64,000 nucleotides of DNA from an uncultured Desulfurococcales archaeon (GCA_964343115.1 CAYFGU010000002.1:37767-101766); one strand, 5' to 3'; positions 46,744 to 56,060 are shown, numbered from the stretch's first letter. A program made the numbers and translations. Notes: a model not told the origin generated them from the sequence alone.

Positions 46744-47495
46744 GCAAGCGCGGCGTTGAACGCGTCGCCAGCCCCCGTCACGTCAACCTCGCGCACCCTC
46801 GGCGCGGGCACCTCAATGAGCCTCCCAGACCCTCGCTGGGCCACTACGGCCCCCCTCTCCCCAAGGGTTATCACGACGGCTGGGACGAGCTCGAGGAGCC
46901 TTGAGGCGGCCTCGGCTACGCTTCCGGCCCCCGTGAGCTGCAGGGCCTCGACCTCATTTGGCGTAACTATGTCGGCCAGCCCCAGCAGCTGGGTGGCCTC
47001 AGGCGACGCCGGGGCAGGGTTGAGGACCCTGACGCCCCTGAACTCCTCGAGCGCGACCCTCACGGCGGCGGCCGGGACCTCTAGCGACGCGAGGAGGACG
47101 CCGTCGCTGGAGGAAGATAAGGCCCTCCTCACGTCATCAGGTGATAGCTCAGCGTTGGCGCCGGGGTCTACTACTATTAGGTTCTGCCTCCCTGAGACTA
47201 CTATGTATGCCCTCCCGGTTCTCGAGGGCTTAACGGACACCCCAGACACGTCAACCCCCTCGGAGGCGAGGAACTCAAGCGCCCTGGAGCCCTCAGGGTC
47301 GGACCCCAGGGCCGCGACAAGCCTGGAAGAGGCGCCTAGGCGTGCGGCCGATACGGCCTGGTTAGAGCCCTTCCCCCCATGGCCCGTGTACGAGTTAACG
47401 GCCCTCACGGTCTCGCCGGGCAGCGGGAGCCTCTCGACGACAAGGTAGTGGTCCACGTTATAGCTGCCTATCGACGTGACGTGAGGTCTCGTCAA
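46602..47495 (-). CDS. rbsK: Ribokinase (PfkB family)
   Basis: GGKGSNQAVSAARLG (motif 1) and DVTGAGDAFNAALAYA (motif 2). Confidence 0.8.
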   Translation of the reverse strand: MTRPHVTSIGSYNVDHYLVVERLPLPGETVRAVNSYTGHGGKGSNQAVSAARLGASSRLVAALGSDPEGSRALEFLASEGVDVSGVSVKPSRTGRAYIVVSGRQNLIVVDPGANAELSPDDVRRALSSSSDGVLLASLEVPAAAVRVALEEFRGVRVLNPAPASPEATQLLGLADIVTPNEVEALQLTGAGSVAEAASRLLELVPAVVITLGERGAVVAQRGSGRLIEVPAPRVREVDVTGAGDAFNAALAYAIGCGNDLMAAASFAVRAASLKVTRRGALGLRAEELRAAGVEPPC

Positions 47496-47526
47496 GCTGA
47501 CCCCCGCGATTCGCCGTTCCCCCGGG

Positions 47527-47919
47527 CTACACGCCGAGGATGGGCAGTGGGACCGTCCTCCCGCTGTCCATGTTGGCGTAGGCTATAGCTGTGAGGGCGA
47601 TATTCACTACCACCATGAGCAGGCCGACGGCCTCCGCGCCCAGGTCGAGCCCGTAGTAGAGGCCAGAGTACGCTATGAAGCCCCCTATGACCAGGTTAAA
47701 CAGGAGGCTGACCGCCAGCATTGACCGCCTGTACCCCCCCACCGCGAGCCCCAGGGCAGCCCCCATGCCTATCAGGAGGAAGAGGGTCAGGCCAGTCAGG
47801 GCGTAGGCGTCGTATCTCAGGGCAGGGACTCTCATCGTTAGCGCCACTATGAGGAGGACCGCGTCGGCCAGGAGGTCGAAGGCCAGAGCGACCCCCAGCA
47901 CGAACGTGGAGTACTTCAA
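47527..47919 (-). CDS. Small integral membrane protein (about 130 aa, 4 TM)
   Basis: Hydrophobic C-terminal half of ORF 47527..48309. I trimmed it to the TTG at complement of 47917-47919, because the N-terminal extension runs antisense through the cupin gene. Confidence 0.4.
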   Translation of the reverse strand: MKYSTFVLGVALAFDLLADAVLLIVALTMRVPALRYDAYALTGLTLFLLIGMGAALGLAVGGYRRSMLAVSLLFNLVIGGFIAYSGLYYGLDLGAEAVGLLMVVVNIALTAIAYANMDSGRTVPLPILGV

Positions 47920-48046
47920 GGCTCCCCGGACTGACGTCAGGGGCCGAGATATAAGCTTTGCAAGTGGTAATACGCATAGGGTTGACGTCAGGTGGCCATC
48001 GAGAGGATAAATTCCCAAGGGGCCCCCAGGGTTTAGGTAGGTCGCC

Positions 48047-48412
48047 TTGTTCGGGAGAATAGCCGACGTACCGGCCCAGGATGTGTCCTCTCTGCTGCCA
48101 GGAACCATAGGCTTCACAGTGTATTGGCTCGTGACCAGGGAAAACGGCTCTGATAAGTTCGCCGTGAGGAGGTTCCTGGCGAGGCCGGGGGGCAGGATGC
48201 CCCTCCACAGGCACAAGTACGCCGAGGCCGTGGTGATGCTGAGGGGGCGGCTGAAGGTCAGGATAGGGGAGGAGGAGAGGGTCGTCGGACCAGGGGAGTA
48301 CTTCTTCACCAGGCCCTGGGAGCCTCACGCCATAGAGAACCCCTTCGATGAAGAGGCCGAGTTCCTCTGCACGATATCCTATGAGGACGACATGAGGCTT
48401 TACAGGCAGTGA
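48047..48412 (+). CDS. Cupin-2 domain protein
   Basis: GGRMPLHRHKYAEAVVMLRGRLKVRIGEE...GPGEYFFTRPWEPHAIEN fits the two-motif cupin barrel pattern (H-x-H ... P-x-x-x-H). Confidence 0.65.
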   Translation: MFGRIADVPAQDVSSLLPGTIGFTVYWLVTRENGSDKFAVRRFLARPGGRMPLHRHKYAEAVVMLRGRLKVRIGEEERVVGPGEYFFTRPWEPHAIENPFDEEAEFLCTISYEDDMRLYRQ

Positions 48413-48479
48413 GCCAGCTTTACGCCCAAGGCGCGGCGACCTCCCTTCGCCTGGGGCTTTTCTAAGGGCTGCTGGCCCC

Positions 48480-48971
48480 TCACGTGAAGAGAGGCAGTTC
48501 CCCCAGGGACCTGAGCTCATCGTCCGTAAGGGCGGCCACGTACTCGACGCCGCCCACGCTGACAGAGAACACGTTGTATTCCCTTCCCATGAACTCCCTC
48601 CTGCCTAGTCGTACCACGCGGCCCACAGCCTCCCAGCTCGGCTCGGCCTCACAGGCGCCGCTGAGGTATGGTGAGAGCTGGCCGTCGCGGACTACATAGC
48701 TTACGGCGACGCCCGCCAGGGCCGCTATGAGTAAGCCGAGGACGCCGCTGCCCGAGAACACGTAGGTGGCGGCCCAGGAGGCCGCGGCGGACGCAGCAGA
48801 GGCCAAGATCGACCTTGGCGTCAGCCACCGTCGGTGGGCGGTGAGCATCGCCCTAGCCACGGAGGCCTGGGTGCCGTCGTGCGAAAGCCTCAGCGCGAAG
48901 GCCTCCCTGCCGGACCTGGTGACGGCAGTCGCAAGGACAACGTAGGAGCCGTCCTTGCACCTCTGTATCAT
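48480..48971 (-). CDS. Hypothetical membrane protein
   Basis: 163-aa ORF with two central hydrophobic helices (AASAAASWAATYVF, VLGLLIAALAGVAVSYVV). No family recognised. Confidence 0.3.
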   Translation of the reverse strand: MIQRCKDGSYVVLATAVTRSGREAFALRLSHDGTQASVARAMLTAHRRWLTPRSILASAASAAASWAATYVFSGSGVLGLLIAALAGVAVSYVVRDGQLSPYLSGACEAEPSWEAVGRVVRLGRREFMGREYNVFSVSVGGVEYVAALTDDELRSLGELPLFT

Positions 48972-49066
48972 CGCCGCCGTCCACCCGGCCTGCGGTGTCG
49001 GCAGTTAAAGGCGTCACGACCATAGCAGTCTAGCCCGTCACGGGATGAACCTGTAGGCCCTGCCTC

Positions 49067-49912
49067 TCAAACTATGTCCAGCCTTGGGACCCTGTCGGCG
49101 ACCCCCCTCCTCGCAGCTAGCTCAAGGACCTTAGTTATGGCAGCAATACCAGACTCACCCATGTCATATATTGACATGCAGCCCTCTATGAAGGACTTAA
49201 CAGCCGACCTGTCGGCTCCCCTGGCAAAGCCGACGGCGTACTCCAGCGCCTCATCTGGGTGAGCCTGCGCGTACCTTATGGAGGCCTGGAACGTCTCCCT
49301 TACATCCCTGGCCTCCTCAGGGCTGAAGGACCTCTTTCTAACCACGTATGACCCCAGGGGCAAGGGCAGGTTCCCGGCCTCCCTCCTCCACTCCTCATTA
49401 ATGTCGGCCACCTTAACAAGGCCACGCCCCTCGTAGGCCATGGTAGTAGAAGGCCCTGGTATCAGCAGGCCGAGGTCAGCCTCCCCTTTGAGGACAGCAT
49501 CTATTACCATGTCGTACCTGACAACAACCTCGTCCCTCGCCCTGAAGAAGAGCCTGTAGTAGAAGTACCCGCTGAACGACCTGCCTGGGACGGCGATCGT
49601 CAGGTCATTAATCTCCTCCTTCCTATACGGTCTCCTGGACACTATGATTGGGCCAACGTCGTATCTCTGCGTGCTGCCGGCCCTCAACAGGTAGTAGCTG
49701 TCGGCCAGCCTCCATAGGTTGACAGCGGAGACGGCGCTCACATCAACGTCCCCCCTCTCTAGGACCCTCATGTTCAGGGCGTCGAACTCCTCGTAGTGCG
49801 GGTTAAGCTTGACGCGGCCCGCCCTGACGCCCCTTGACAGCCCGAACACGAGGAAGTACGCGTGGACCGGGTCATAGTAATGATAAGAGTCTACTAGCCT
49901 CTCGCCTTCCAT
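49067..49912 (-). CDS. MqnA/MqnD-family protein (futalosine-pathway menaquinone biosynthesis, SBP-like fold)
   Basis: Blocks LTIAVPGRSFSGYFYYRLFF, EADLGLLI, NLPLPLGSYVVRK and AQAHPDEALEYA resemble, from memory, MqnD blocks (VAVPG..TTA..LL, EAGLIIHE, LPLPLG, AHPEEALDY). Confidence 0.6.
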   Translation of the reverse strand: MEGERLVDSYHYYDPVHAYFLVFGLSRGVRAGRVKLNPHYEEFDALNMRVLERGDVDVSAVSAVNLWRLADSYYLLRAGSTQRYDVGPIIVSRRPYRKEEINDLTIAVPGRSFSGYFYYRLFFRARDEVVVRYDMVIDAVLKGEADLGLLIPGPSTTMAYEGRGLVKVADINEEWRREAGNLPLPLGSYVVRKRSFSPEEARDVRETFQASIRYAQAHPDEALEYAVGFARGADRSAVKSFIEGCMSIYDMGESGIAAITKVLELAARRGVADRVPRLDIV

Positions 49913-49953
49913 TAAACCACCTTCCGGTGGTGAACCGCGGCGGATTATCTGCC

Positions 49954-50415
49954 TTACGTCGCGGGGCCGCCAGGGGATGCCCTGAGCGCCTCCAGCGCCC
50001 TGTCGGCGTGCTCCTCGGCTCTCCTCAGGTTGCTTATCACGCTCCGTATTATGCCGTCTGGGCCTATGACGAACGTGACCCTGAGAGCGCTGGAGCCCGT
50101 TTCCCTCAGTACGCCGAAGGCCCTTGAGACCTCCTTTGATCTGTCGCTGGCGAGCGGGAACCTGGCCCCGTACCTCTCGGCGAACCTCCTCAGCGTGTCG
50201 AGCGAGTCGACGCTGACGCCGATCACCTCAGCCCTGAGGGACTTGATCTCGTCGTAAAGCTCGACGAACCTCTGCAGCTCCCTGGTGCAGCCCGCCGTGA
50301 AGGCCTTAGGGAAGAAGTACAGGACCAGGCTCCTACCCCTGAAGGCCGAGATCCTCAGCCTCCCAGAGGTCGTCTCAAGCTCGAGGTCGGGGGCAGGGTC
50401 GCCCTGCCTCAGCAC
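49954..50415 (-). CDS. bcp: Peroxiredoxin, Bcp type
   Basis: LVLYFFPKAFTAGCTRE contains the peroxidatic Cys motif. 153 aa. Confidence 0.85.
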   Translation of the reverse strand: MLRQGDPAPDLELETTSGRLRISAFRGRSLVLYFFPKAFTAGCTRELQRFVELYDEIKSLRAEVIGVSVDSLDTLRRFAERYGARFPLASDRSKEVSRAFGVLRETGSSALRVTFVIGPDGIIRSVISNLRRAEEHADRALEALRASPGGPAT

Positions 50416-50478
50416 TCGTCCCTCGCCACGTTCTCCTTGCCTAGTGGAGGTTAAGAGCCCTGGGGCCCTTCTGTCGCC

Positions 50479-51207
50479 CTACCTTAGGGGGATCCTGCCT
50501 ACTTCCACAAGCCTCCCCTCGCCGACTGGGCCATCGACGTTCCACCCCCTCCGCGCGCAGAGGTCCGCGACGGTTGAGGAAGCCAGCGCCAGCGTGCTGC
50601 CCCACCTTACCCAGTACAAGGCGTAGTAGAGGTCGTCATCCCGCTTCCAGTAGGAGTACCCGTACAGCGTCGCCTCATCGGCGATCCTGTCTATCCTAAT
50701 AATGAGGAGGTCAAGCGCCGTCCTGGTGGCTTCGTGCAGGGTCAATAGCGCGTCCTCGTCGAGGCCTGCCCTTCCCAGGAACATGGCCACAAGCTCGCTG
50801 TCAACGAACGCCTCGGGGCTCACGCCCAGCCGGCGCGCTATCGAGGCCACGTCAACGAAGCCGTTATGGGCAACTATGTAGAGCGCCTTGCCCTCCTCGG
50901 CCAGCGCCTCGTAGGGGTGAGAGTACTGGGGACCGACCTTTGAGGCCTCTGACGCCATCCTCGCGTGCAGAATGGCCAGGAAGCCCGTGCCCCTTGGAAG
51001 GCTAATGGCGTCGGGCCCCTCCTCGTAGATCGCACGCCCGCTCCTGAGCACATATACGCGCCCGCGCATGACGACGGCTGCTCCCCACCCATCCCTGTGC
51101 TGGGCATTACCATATCTGTGGTCGCGTCGTGCGGCCTCGACTAGGCAGCCCGCAAGCTCGCCTGCCTCATCGCCTCCCTCGCTGCGCGCCCCCAGCATCC
51201 TGCACAT
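50479..51207 (-). CDS. Class II (Ntn) glutamine amidotransferase-like protein
   Basis: Begins MCRMLG (nucleophile Cys2) and has an HNGFV block. 242 aa. Confidence 0.65.
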   Translation of the reverse strand: MCRMLGARSEGGDEAGELAGCLVEAARRDHRYGNAQHRDGWGAAVVMRGRVYVLRSGRAIYEEGPDAISLPRGTGFLAILHARMASEASKVGPQYSHPYEALAEEGKALYIVAHNGFVDVASIARRLGVSPEAFVDSELVAMFLGRAGLDEDALLTLHEATRTALDLLIIRIDRIADEATLYGYSYWKRDDDLYYALYWVRWGSTLALASSTVADLCARRGWNVDGPVGEGRLVEVGRIPLR

Positions 51208-51255
51208 GATTTCCCCTGGCCACAGAGGACCGCTGGCAAAAAGCCTAACCTGGGA

Positions 51256-52764
51256 TCAGCCGGTTGTTGAGGAAGCGATAATGCCCTCGAGGGCCACGAC
51301 CCACTCCCTGGCAGCCTGCTGAAGGGCCTGCGCTGGGTCCGCTATTTGGCCAGTCAGGTAGCTGTACACGGCCTGGTTGAAGTAAGGTATCAGGGCTGAG
51401 TACGTCTGAGGCACTGTTGGAGGGGTCGCGTACGAGTTCTGACCCGCGACCAGGATGGCCCTCATCCACTCCTTCTCGTAGGAGGGCAGCGTGGAGTTAG
51501 ATAGTATCTCTGATATGGCCTCCTTAGACACGGGTATCGAGCCCTGCTCGTAGAAGGCCTGCTCCTGGAACTGCGGCGAGACAACGAAGGCTATGAACTC
51601 CATAGCGAGCCGCTTATGGGAGGAGTACTTGCTAACTGCGAGGAACGTGGACCCAGGCTCGCCGTACCCGCCCGGAAGCGGGGCCATGAGGAGCTGCGAG
51701 CTTACGTTTGGTGGCAGGGAGGCCACGTCGTCGGCCCAAGCGACCGCGCCCGCGACCCGTCCCTGTGTCAGAAGAGTGCTGGTCATGGTGTAGTCCACCA
51801 CGACCTGGCTAGGGCTCGGCTCATAGTTGACGAGCTCCTTAAAGACCTCAAGGGCCTCGACGCCAGCAGTCGTGTTGAACGCAGGCGGCGGGAACCCCTT
51901 CCCCCACCAGCTAGGAATGCAGCCGTAGAACATTGTGCCGTAGCCCGTCAGGCCGGTCGTCGAATTGCAGCTCAGCGAGGAGTTCCTGTACCAGTACCAC
52001 CAGAAGATCGCCGGGTAGGTATCGATTATCCCATGCGACGGATTGTCGTCGACTATGAAGCCGTATCTAGTGAGGTTATGGACCACGAAGAACCTTGAGG
52101 CCGCGACCACCTCGTCCCAGCTGGTCCAGTTCCAGGGGTTCAGCGGGTAGCCCGTCTCGGCCTTGAACTGGGCCTGTATCGTGGTGTTATTGAATAGCGT
52201 CGCGTTGTATGCTAGGAGCTCAACCCAGGTCTGTATCGCGGCGCCCATAATAACCGGGGTCCCGTTAACGTACTCAACCCCGCCGAACGCCTCCTGGCCC
52301 CAGAGAAGGTCGCTCACATTTACGTAGCTCGAGTTGATAGGCACGACGAAGGGGAAGAACAGCTGTGAGGAGGTGGGGGTGAAGGTTATAACGTCGTACG
52401 AGCTGCCTCCGGCCCTGAGGACAGTTAGCTCGTTGTCAACATAGTCGCTCCACGGGAAGACTATAACCTTGACGGTCACGCCAGGGTGCAGCTCCTCGAA
52501 CTCCTGTGCGGCCATGTCGAGGACCTGGTTTATCCCGTTGTAGGTTACCACGGTCAAGGTGACGGGGCTAGTGGATGGCGCTACCGAGGTTGAAGTAGTG
52601 GTTGTAGGCGGACTAACAGTCGCTGAGGTTGGCGTTATGGGAGCGCTGGACGATGATGTAACTCTGCTCCTCGTGGAATAGTAGGCTATGGCTCCCGCCA
52701 GGGCTACCACCACGACGACTATTACAACGCCTGCAAGTGCAGTTTTACCCAGTGATTCCCCCAA
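51256..52764 (-). CDS. ABC-transporter extracellular solute-binding protein (sugar type), membrane-anchored; no cognate permease or ATPase adjacent
   Basis: N-terminal TM (ALAGVVIVVVVVALAGAIAYY), S/T-rich stalk (TSSSSAPITPTSATVSPPTTTTSTS), W/Y/N-rich SBP-family-1-like body. Confidence 0.65.
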   Translation of the reverse strand: MGESLGKTALAGVVIVVVVVALAGAIAYYSTRSRVTSSSSAPITPTSATVSPPTTTTSTSVAPSTSPVTLTVVTYNGINQVLDMAAQEFEELHPGVTVKVIVFPWSDYVDNELTVLRAGGSSYDVITFTPTSSQLFFPFVVPINSSYVNVSDLLWGQEAFGGVEYVNGTPVIMGAAIQTWVELLAYNATLFNNTTIQAQFKAETGYPLNPWNWTSWDEVVAASRFFVVHNLTRYGFIVDDNPSHGIIDTYPAIFWWYWYRNSSLSCNSTTGLTGYGTMFYGCIPSWWGKGFPPPAFNTTAGVEALEVFKELVNYEPSPSQVVVDYTMTSTLLTQGRVAGAVAWADDVASLPPNVSSQLLMAPLPGGYGEPGSTFLAVSKYSSHKRLAMEFIAFVVSPQFQEQAFYEQGSIPVSKEAISEILSNSTLPSYEKEWMRAILVAGQNSYATPPTVPQTYSALIPYFNQAVYSYLTGQIADPAQALQQAAREWVVALEGIIASSTTG

Positions 52765-52809
52765 GGCGTTCTCACCGCGCTTTGGTGGGAGGGAGGGGAA
52801 AAGCTGTTT

Positions 52810-52823
52810 ATTGAACGTTCAAT
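52810..52823. promoter_or_regulatory. Perfect 14-bp palindrome ATTGAACGTTCAAT in a divergent promoter region
   Basis: Read directly. It lies about 46 nt upstream of the solute-binding protein start (52764) and about 140 nt upstream of the divergent ORF at 52964. It abuts an A/T stretch (TGTTTATT). Confidence 0.35.
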
Positions 52824-52963
52824 TGGCAGGCTTCGGTTAAATGGTTCTTTGCCGGCCACAGGGCGATGTAGCGAGGATCTCAGAAGGATTGCCTCAGGGT
52901 CTGGGTAGGTACGCATATTAGGTCGGCGGGCACGCGCTCGAAACGCTAGGAGAGAGGGAGCTC

Positions 52964-53590
52964 TTGAGGTCAGTGAGCGAGAGGCTCGTGGTCATTGTTG
53001 GGGTTGTCGTCCTGGCCGCCATCATCGCCTTTATACTTATTCTCCCCCACATTGGGGCGCCGACCAGCGTCTCACAGTCTAGGCAGGGGTCCTCAGTAGC
53101 ATCGGCGGCCTCTGAAACGCTTGGTGGCAGCTGGACCGTCCTTACAAACTCGTCTGGCGTCGTGACGTTCAACCTGCAGAACTCCAGCGCCGAGGTTACG
53201 TACCTGAACGGCACTAAGACTGTGGAGCCCCTATCGGGGCCTATGTCGATCCAGGTCGGCATGGGAAGCCTAAGCGTGGGATACCCCTCAACGCTGTACG
53301 GGTACCTGCTAGTAAGCGCCAACAGGACTTATTGGCTACTCATATCCATAATGGAGTACCCCAACTCGACTGTTCCCTCACAGATCATCAGCGCCCTTGA
53401 GAGCCAGTCTGGGCAGACGGCTACGGCTGCCTCTGGCCTCAGCTATTTTGCAACCCAATATGGCGGCTACACGGTGCTGATCGGCAGCAGCGGGGACTAC
53501 CTCGTCTATATGTTTGGCAACTACACGGCGACCACCCAGTCCTACGCGTCCCTAGCCCAGCGTGTGATCGGCCTGGTAGGAGGGCCGTGA
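52964..53590 (+). CDS. Hypothetical secreted/membrane-anchored protein
   Basis: N-terminal TM (LVVIVGVVVLAAIIAFILIL), S/T/N-rich with several N-x-S/T sequons. No family recognised. Confidence 0.4.
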   Translation: MRSVSERLVVIVGVVVLAAIIAFILILPHIGAPTSVSQSRQGSSVASAASETLGGSWTVLTNSSGVVTFNLQNSSAEVTYLNGTKTVEPLSGPMSIQVGMGSLSVGYPSTLYGYLLVSANRTYWLLISIMEYPNSTVPSQIISALESQSGQTATAASGLSYFATQYGGYTVLIGSSGDYLVYMFGNYTATTQSYASLAQRVIGLVGGP

Positions 53591-53629
53591 GCGTGGACGA
53601 TATCGAGTTATAAAGAGCGTGGGGCTTTT

Positions 53630-54226
53630 TTAGCGTCGAGACCTGCAGGTCATGAGGGAGGCTGAGAACCCTATCGCCCATATCAAGTTTGGGTAGGCTA
53701 TCATTCTCTCCATCCCACCCTTTCCAAGTCCCCCGGAAATCCCAGAGGCGAAGAGAACGAGCGCGACCAGTCCAAGCGTCCCTAGGACTGGCCAGGCAGG
53801 GGAGCCGCCCCTCTTATAGAAGGTGGCAGGGTACGAGGCTAGCGAGGCGAAGAGGAAGACGATGAGGGAGAAGGCTGTGTGAAGGTGGTAGGGGGACCCC
53901 TCAGGGAAGAAGCCGACCCCAGCCGCCCCTATACCTGAGAGCGCTATGAAGGCCGAGAGGACCCTTGAGACCCTGTCCTTCGACCATAGGAGGGCGCCTC
54001 CGGCTATCAGGAGGAGGCCCATTACGATTATAGAGGAGTTGAATATAAGGGCGTGGGGGGTGGACGGCGAGAGGCTGTAGTTGCCCAGGTCGCTTATGTA
54101 GTTCTGGGAGACGCTGTAGCCCTTGAAAACGGCCTCGGCTATGATAAGGAATATCATGAACTGCGCGGCGCCTACAAAAACCAGGGTCCCAGCCAACGAG
54201 TCCCTCTCCATAACGTGTGCCCCCAC
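53630..54226 (-). CDS. Integral membrane protein (DUF998-like)
   Basis: 198 aa, about 6 TM, NYISDLGN motif after TM1 as I recall for DUF998 proteins. Confidence 0.4.
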   Translation of the reverse strand: MGAHVMERDSLAGTLVFVGAAQFMIFLIIAEAVFKGYSVSQNYISDLGNYSLSPSTPHALIFNSSIIVMGLLLIAGGALLWSKDRVSRVLSAFIALSGIGAAGVGFFPEGSPYHLHTAFSLIVFLFASLASYPATFYKRGGSPAWPVLGTLGLVALVLFASGISGGLGKGGMERMIAYPNLIWAIGFSASLMTCRSRR

Positions 54227-54329
54227 AGTAGTGGGGCGGCTGGTATTTGCCGTAAACGTCTAGGCCTGCCAGTGCGTAATCAACTCCCCTGGTATTTATA
54301 CGGCGTTCGTGACGAGATATTGTAATTGC

Positions 54330-54345
54330 GCTGCGGCCCCGCAGC
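54330..54345. promoter_or_regulatory. Perfect 16-bp palindrome GCTGCGGCCCCGCAGC next to a TATA-like ATAAATG
   Basis: Read directly. It lies in the divergent intergenic region, about 70 nt upstream of the B3/4-domain gene ATG (54416). Confidence 0.3.
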
Positions 54346-54415
54346 ATAAATGCTAAAGGGTAAACTCCCTCTTAGCGAATCAGGCAAGTAACTGTCAGGA
54401 ATTGTGGGATAGGGT

Positions 54416-55102
54416 ATGAGCGAGCTGGGCTGTGGCTCAATTAATGTAGTTGGTGACATGAAGTCATTAGGGGCGTTCGTTGTCTACAGCTTCTTGGTCC
54501 GAGGTCATCTGGCTTCAGCGACAGGGGATCCTCTAGGTGAGGTATTGAGGCGCTACGTAAACGAGCTCGCTGGGGCTCACACGTTGCAGGGGCTTAAGGA
54601 CGACCCGGTGATTAGGGCTTACAGGGACTTCTACTGGCGTCTCGGCATAGACCCCACTAAGACCAGGCCCAGCTCGGAGGCCCTAGCTAGGAGGGCGCTC
54701 AGGGGGGAGTTCCCGAGGGTCTCCCCTCTCGTGGACGCCGGCAACATAGCGTCGCTCAGGACTCTTGTCCCTATAGGCATCTATGACCTTGACCTACTTA
54801 GGTTGCCGCTTTCAGTTACCCTCAGTAGGGGTGGCATGAAGTTCCTACCTATAGGCGGAGGAGAGCTAGCGCTCCCTGACGGCTACCCGGTCATGGTGGA
54901 CTCGACAGGGACTGTCGTTCACATGTATTCTCACAGGGACTCCGCGCTAACTTCGGTGAGGGGTTCCACTCGTAGGGCCCTGGTTGTAGGCGCCGGAGTA
55001 CCTGGCGTCCAACCAGACCTGGTCAGTCAGGCGGTCGAGCTGACTATTCAACTCGCCGGCTTGGTCGGCTGGAGACGGGAGGGGCCTATATGTCACTCCT
55101 AA
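54416..55102 (+). CDS. Free-standing B3/B4 tRNA-binding domain protein (PheRS-beta editing-domain-like)
   Basis: DPVIRAYRDFYWRLGIDPTKTRPSSEALARRAL....PLVDAGNIASLRTLVPIGIYDLD matches the B3/4 domain signature block. Confidence 0.65.
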   Translation: MSELGCGSINVVGDMKSLGAFVVYSFLVRGHLASATGDPLGEVLRRYVNELAGAHTLQGLKDDPVIRAYRDFYWRLGIDPTKTRPSSEALARRALRGEFPRVSPLVDAGNIASLRTLVPIGIYDLDLLRLPLSVTLSRGGMKFLPIGGGELALPDGYPVMVDSTGTVVHMYSHRDSALTSVRGSTRRALVVGAGVPGVQPDLVSQAVELTIQLAGLVGWRREGPICHS

Positions 55103-55220
55103 TCGCTAACTGGGATCAGCCCTGGCTGTCTTAGACCCTCCTTTGAAGTCAAAGGCGACAGCGATTGCGCTAGGCCGATCGCCTCCTACCAGGCCTCAGG
55201 AGGTCGGCAGACCGATTGTC

Positions 55221-55898
55221 TTAACGCTTAGGTCTCCAGAGACCGCTGTATATCTGAAGGGCCCCAAAAACCGCTGGCATGAGCCAATACAGGGTAGCCA
55301 GGGTCAGTAAGCAAACGCCTGAGCACGAGGACTCAGCTACCGAGGTGACTAGCGTGGTAAGGTAGAAGTAGATTACATAGACTACGACCAGGACTACTAA
55401 CGACGCCCCTGCGAGCGAGATCCTCGCGCCGGCCTTTCTCCCCATAGCTATCTGGACCGAGGACAGAATTAACGAGGCTACCACAAGCGCGTTTATTGAA
55501 AATATCACGATTACTATTAAATCCATCTCAAGCAGGCCTAGCCCGACAAATGCCAGCCCTTGCGCGTTCCCCTGGCCAAGGTATTGCTGCACCGTGGCGT
55601 TGCTCGAGTACGCAGCAAAAATGCCCGAGAGGGCCAGCAGGCCGAAGGCTATAGGGACAACGCTGCCCATAAAGTAGGCATAATAGCGCGTAACCTTTTT
55701 GGCGCCCCTTGATCCCAGCGAGACCATTGCACGAGCCCCTAGGACTACTGACAGGAGTAGCAGAAGATACGTAGCTATTTTGTAAAACACGTAGTCATAT
55801 AAGGAGACGTCGGCGGATGAGTGGGCAAGGAGCTCTATAAACCATGACATCAGGCCGGGATCCAACCAGTAAATGGTCGTAATTAACGTGACCAACAA
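55221..55898 (-). CDS. Hypothetical integral membrane protein
   Basis: 225 aa, about 6 TM helices, TTG start. No family recognised. Confidence 0.4.
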   Translation of the reverse strand: MLVTLITTIYWLDPGLMSWFIELLAHSSADVSLYDYVFYKIATYLLLLLSVVLGARAMVSLGSRGAKKVTRYYAYFMGSVVPIAFGLLALSGIFAAYSSNATVQQYLGQGNAQGLAFVGLGLLEMDLIVIVIFSINALVVASLILSSVQIAMGRKAGARISLAGASLVVLVVVYVIYFYLTTLVTSVAESSCSGVCLLTLATLYWLMPAVFGALQIYSGLWRPKR

Positions 55899-55997
55899 GG
55901 ATAGGATGCCTGAGGCTATTGAAAGCCTTCGAAAGCGTTGAAGGGCAGGGAATTTGAGGGTCGCCCTGCTCGCCGGACATGTTTGACCAGAGGGTGG

Positions 55998-56060
55998 TAT
56001 TAAAGTTTAATTAATTTAAAAAGATTATAAATTTTAAACTACAATTATCATAATAATCAG
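55998..56060. other. About 63-nt strongly A/T-rich block (tRNA-Cys 3' flank and promoter region of the downstream membrane-protein gene)
   Basis: ATTAAAGTTTAATTAATTTAAAAAGATTATAAATTTTAAACTACAATTATCATAATAATCAG stands out against the GC-rich background. It contains T-runs on the minus strand and several TATA-like elements. Confidence 0.5.

Noticed and set aside
46756-47448. 230-aa plus-strand ORF
   Set aside because: It is antisense to ribokinase, which has both PfkB motifs, and it is S/T/A-rich and low in complexity.
47920-48309. N-terminal extension of ORF 47527..48309
   Set aside because: It is non-hydrophobic and S/P-rich, and it runs antisense through the cupin gene. Only the C-terminal 130 aa look like a membrane protein.
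47696-48520. 274-aa minus-strand ORF spanning the cupin gene and the small membrane-protein gene
   Set aside because: It is P/G/R-rich and low in complexity. It overlaps better-supported genes on both strands and is typical of spurious open frames in GC-rich DNA.
55795-55980. 61-aa minus-strand ORF starting just after the A/T-rich block
   Set aside because: It overlaps the start of the 225-aa membrane protein in another frame and has no motif. It is probably non-coding 5' region.
55998-56060. A/T-rich island as a replication origin (DUE)
   Set aside because: I saw no Orc1/Cdc6 gene nearby and no flanking origin-recognition-box repeats. Terminator plus promoter is sufficient.
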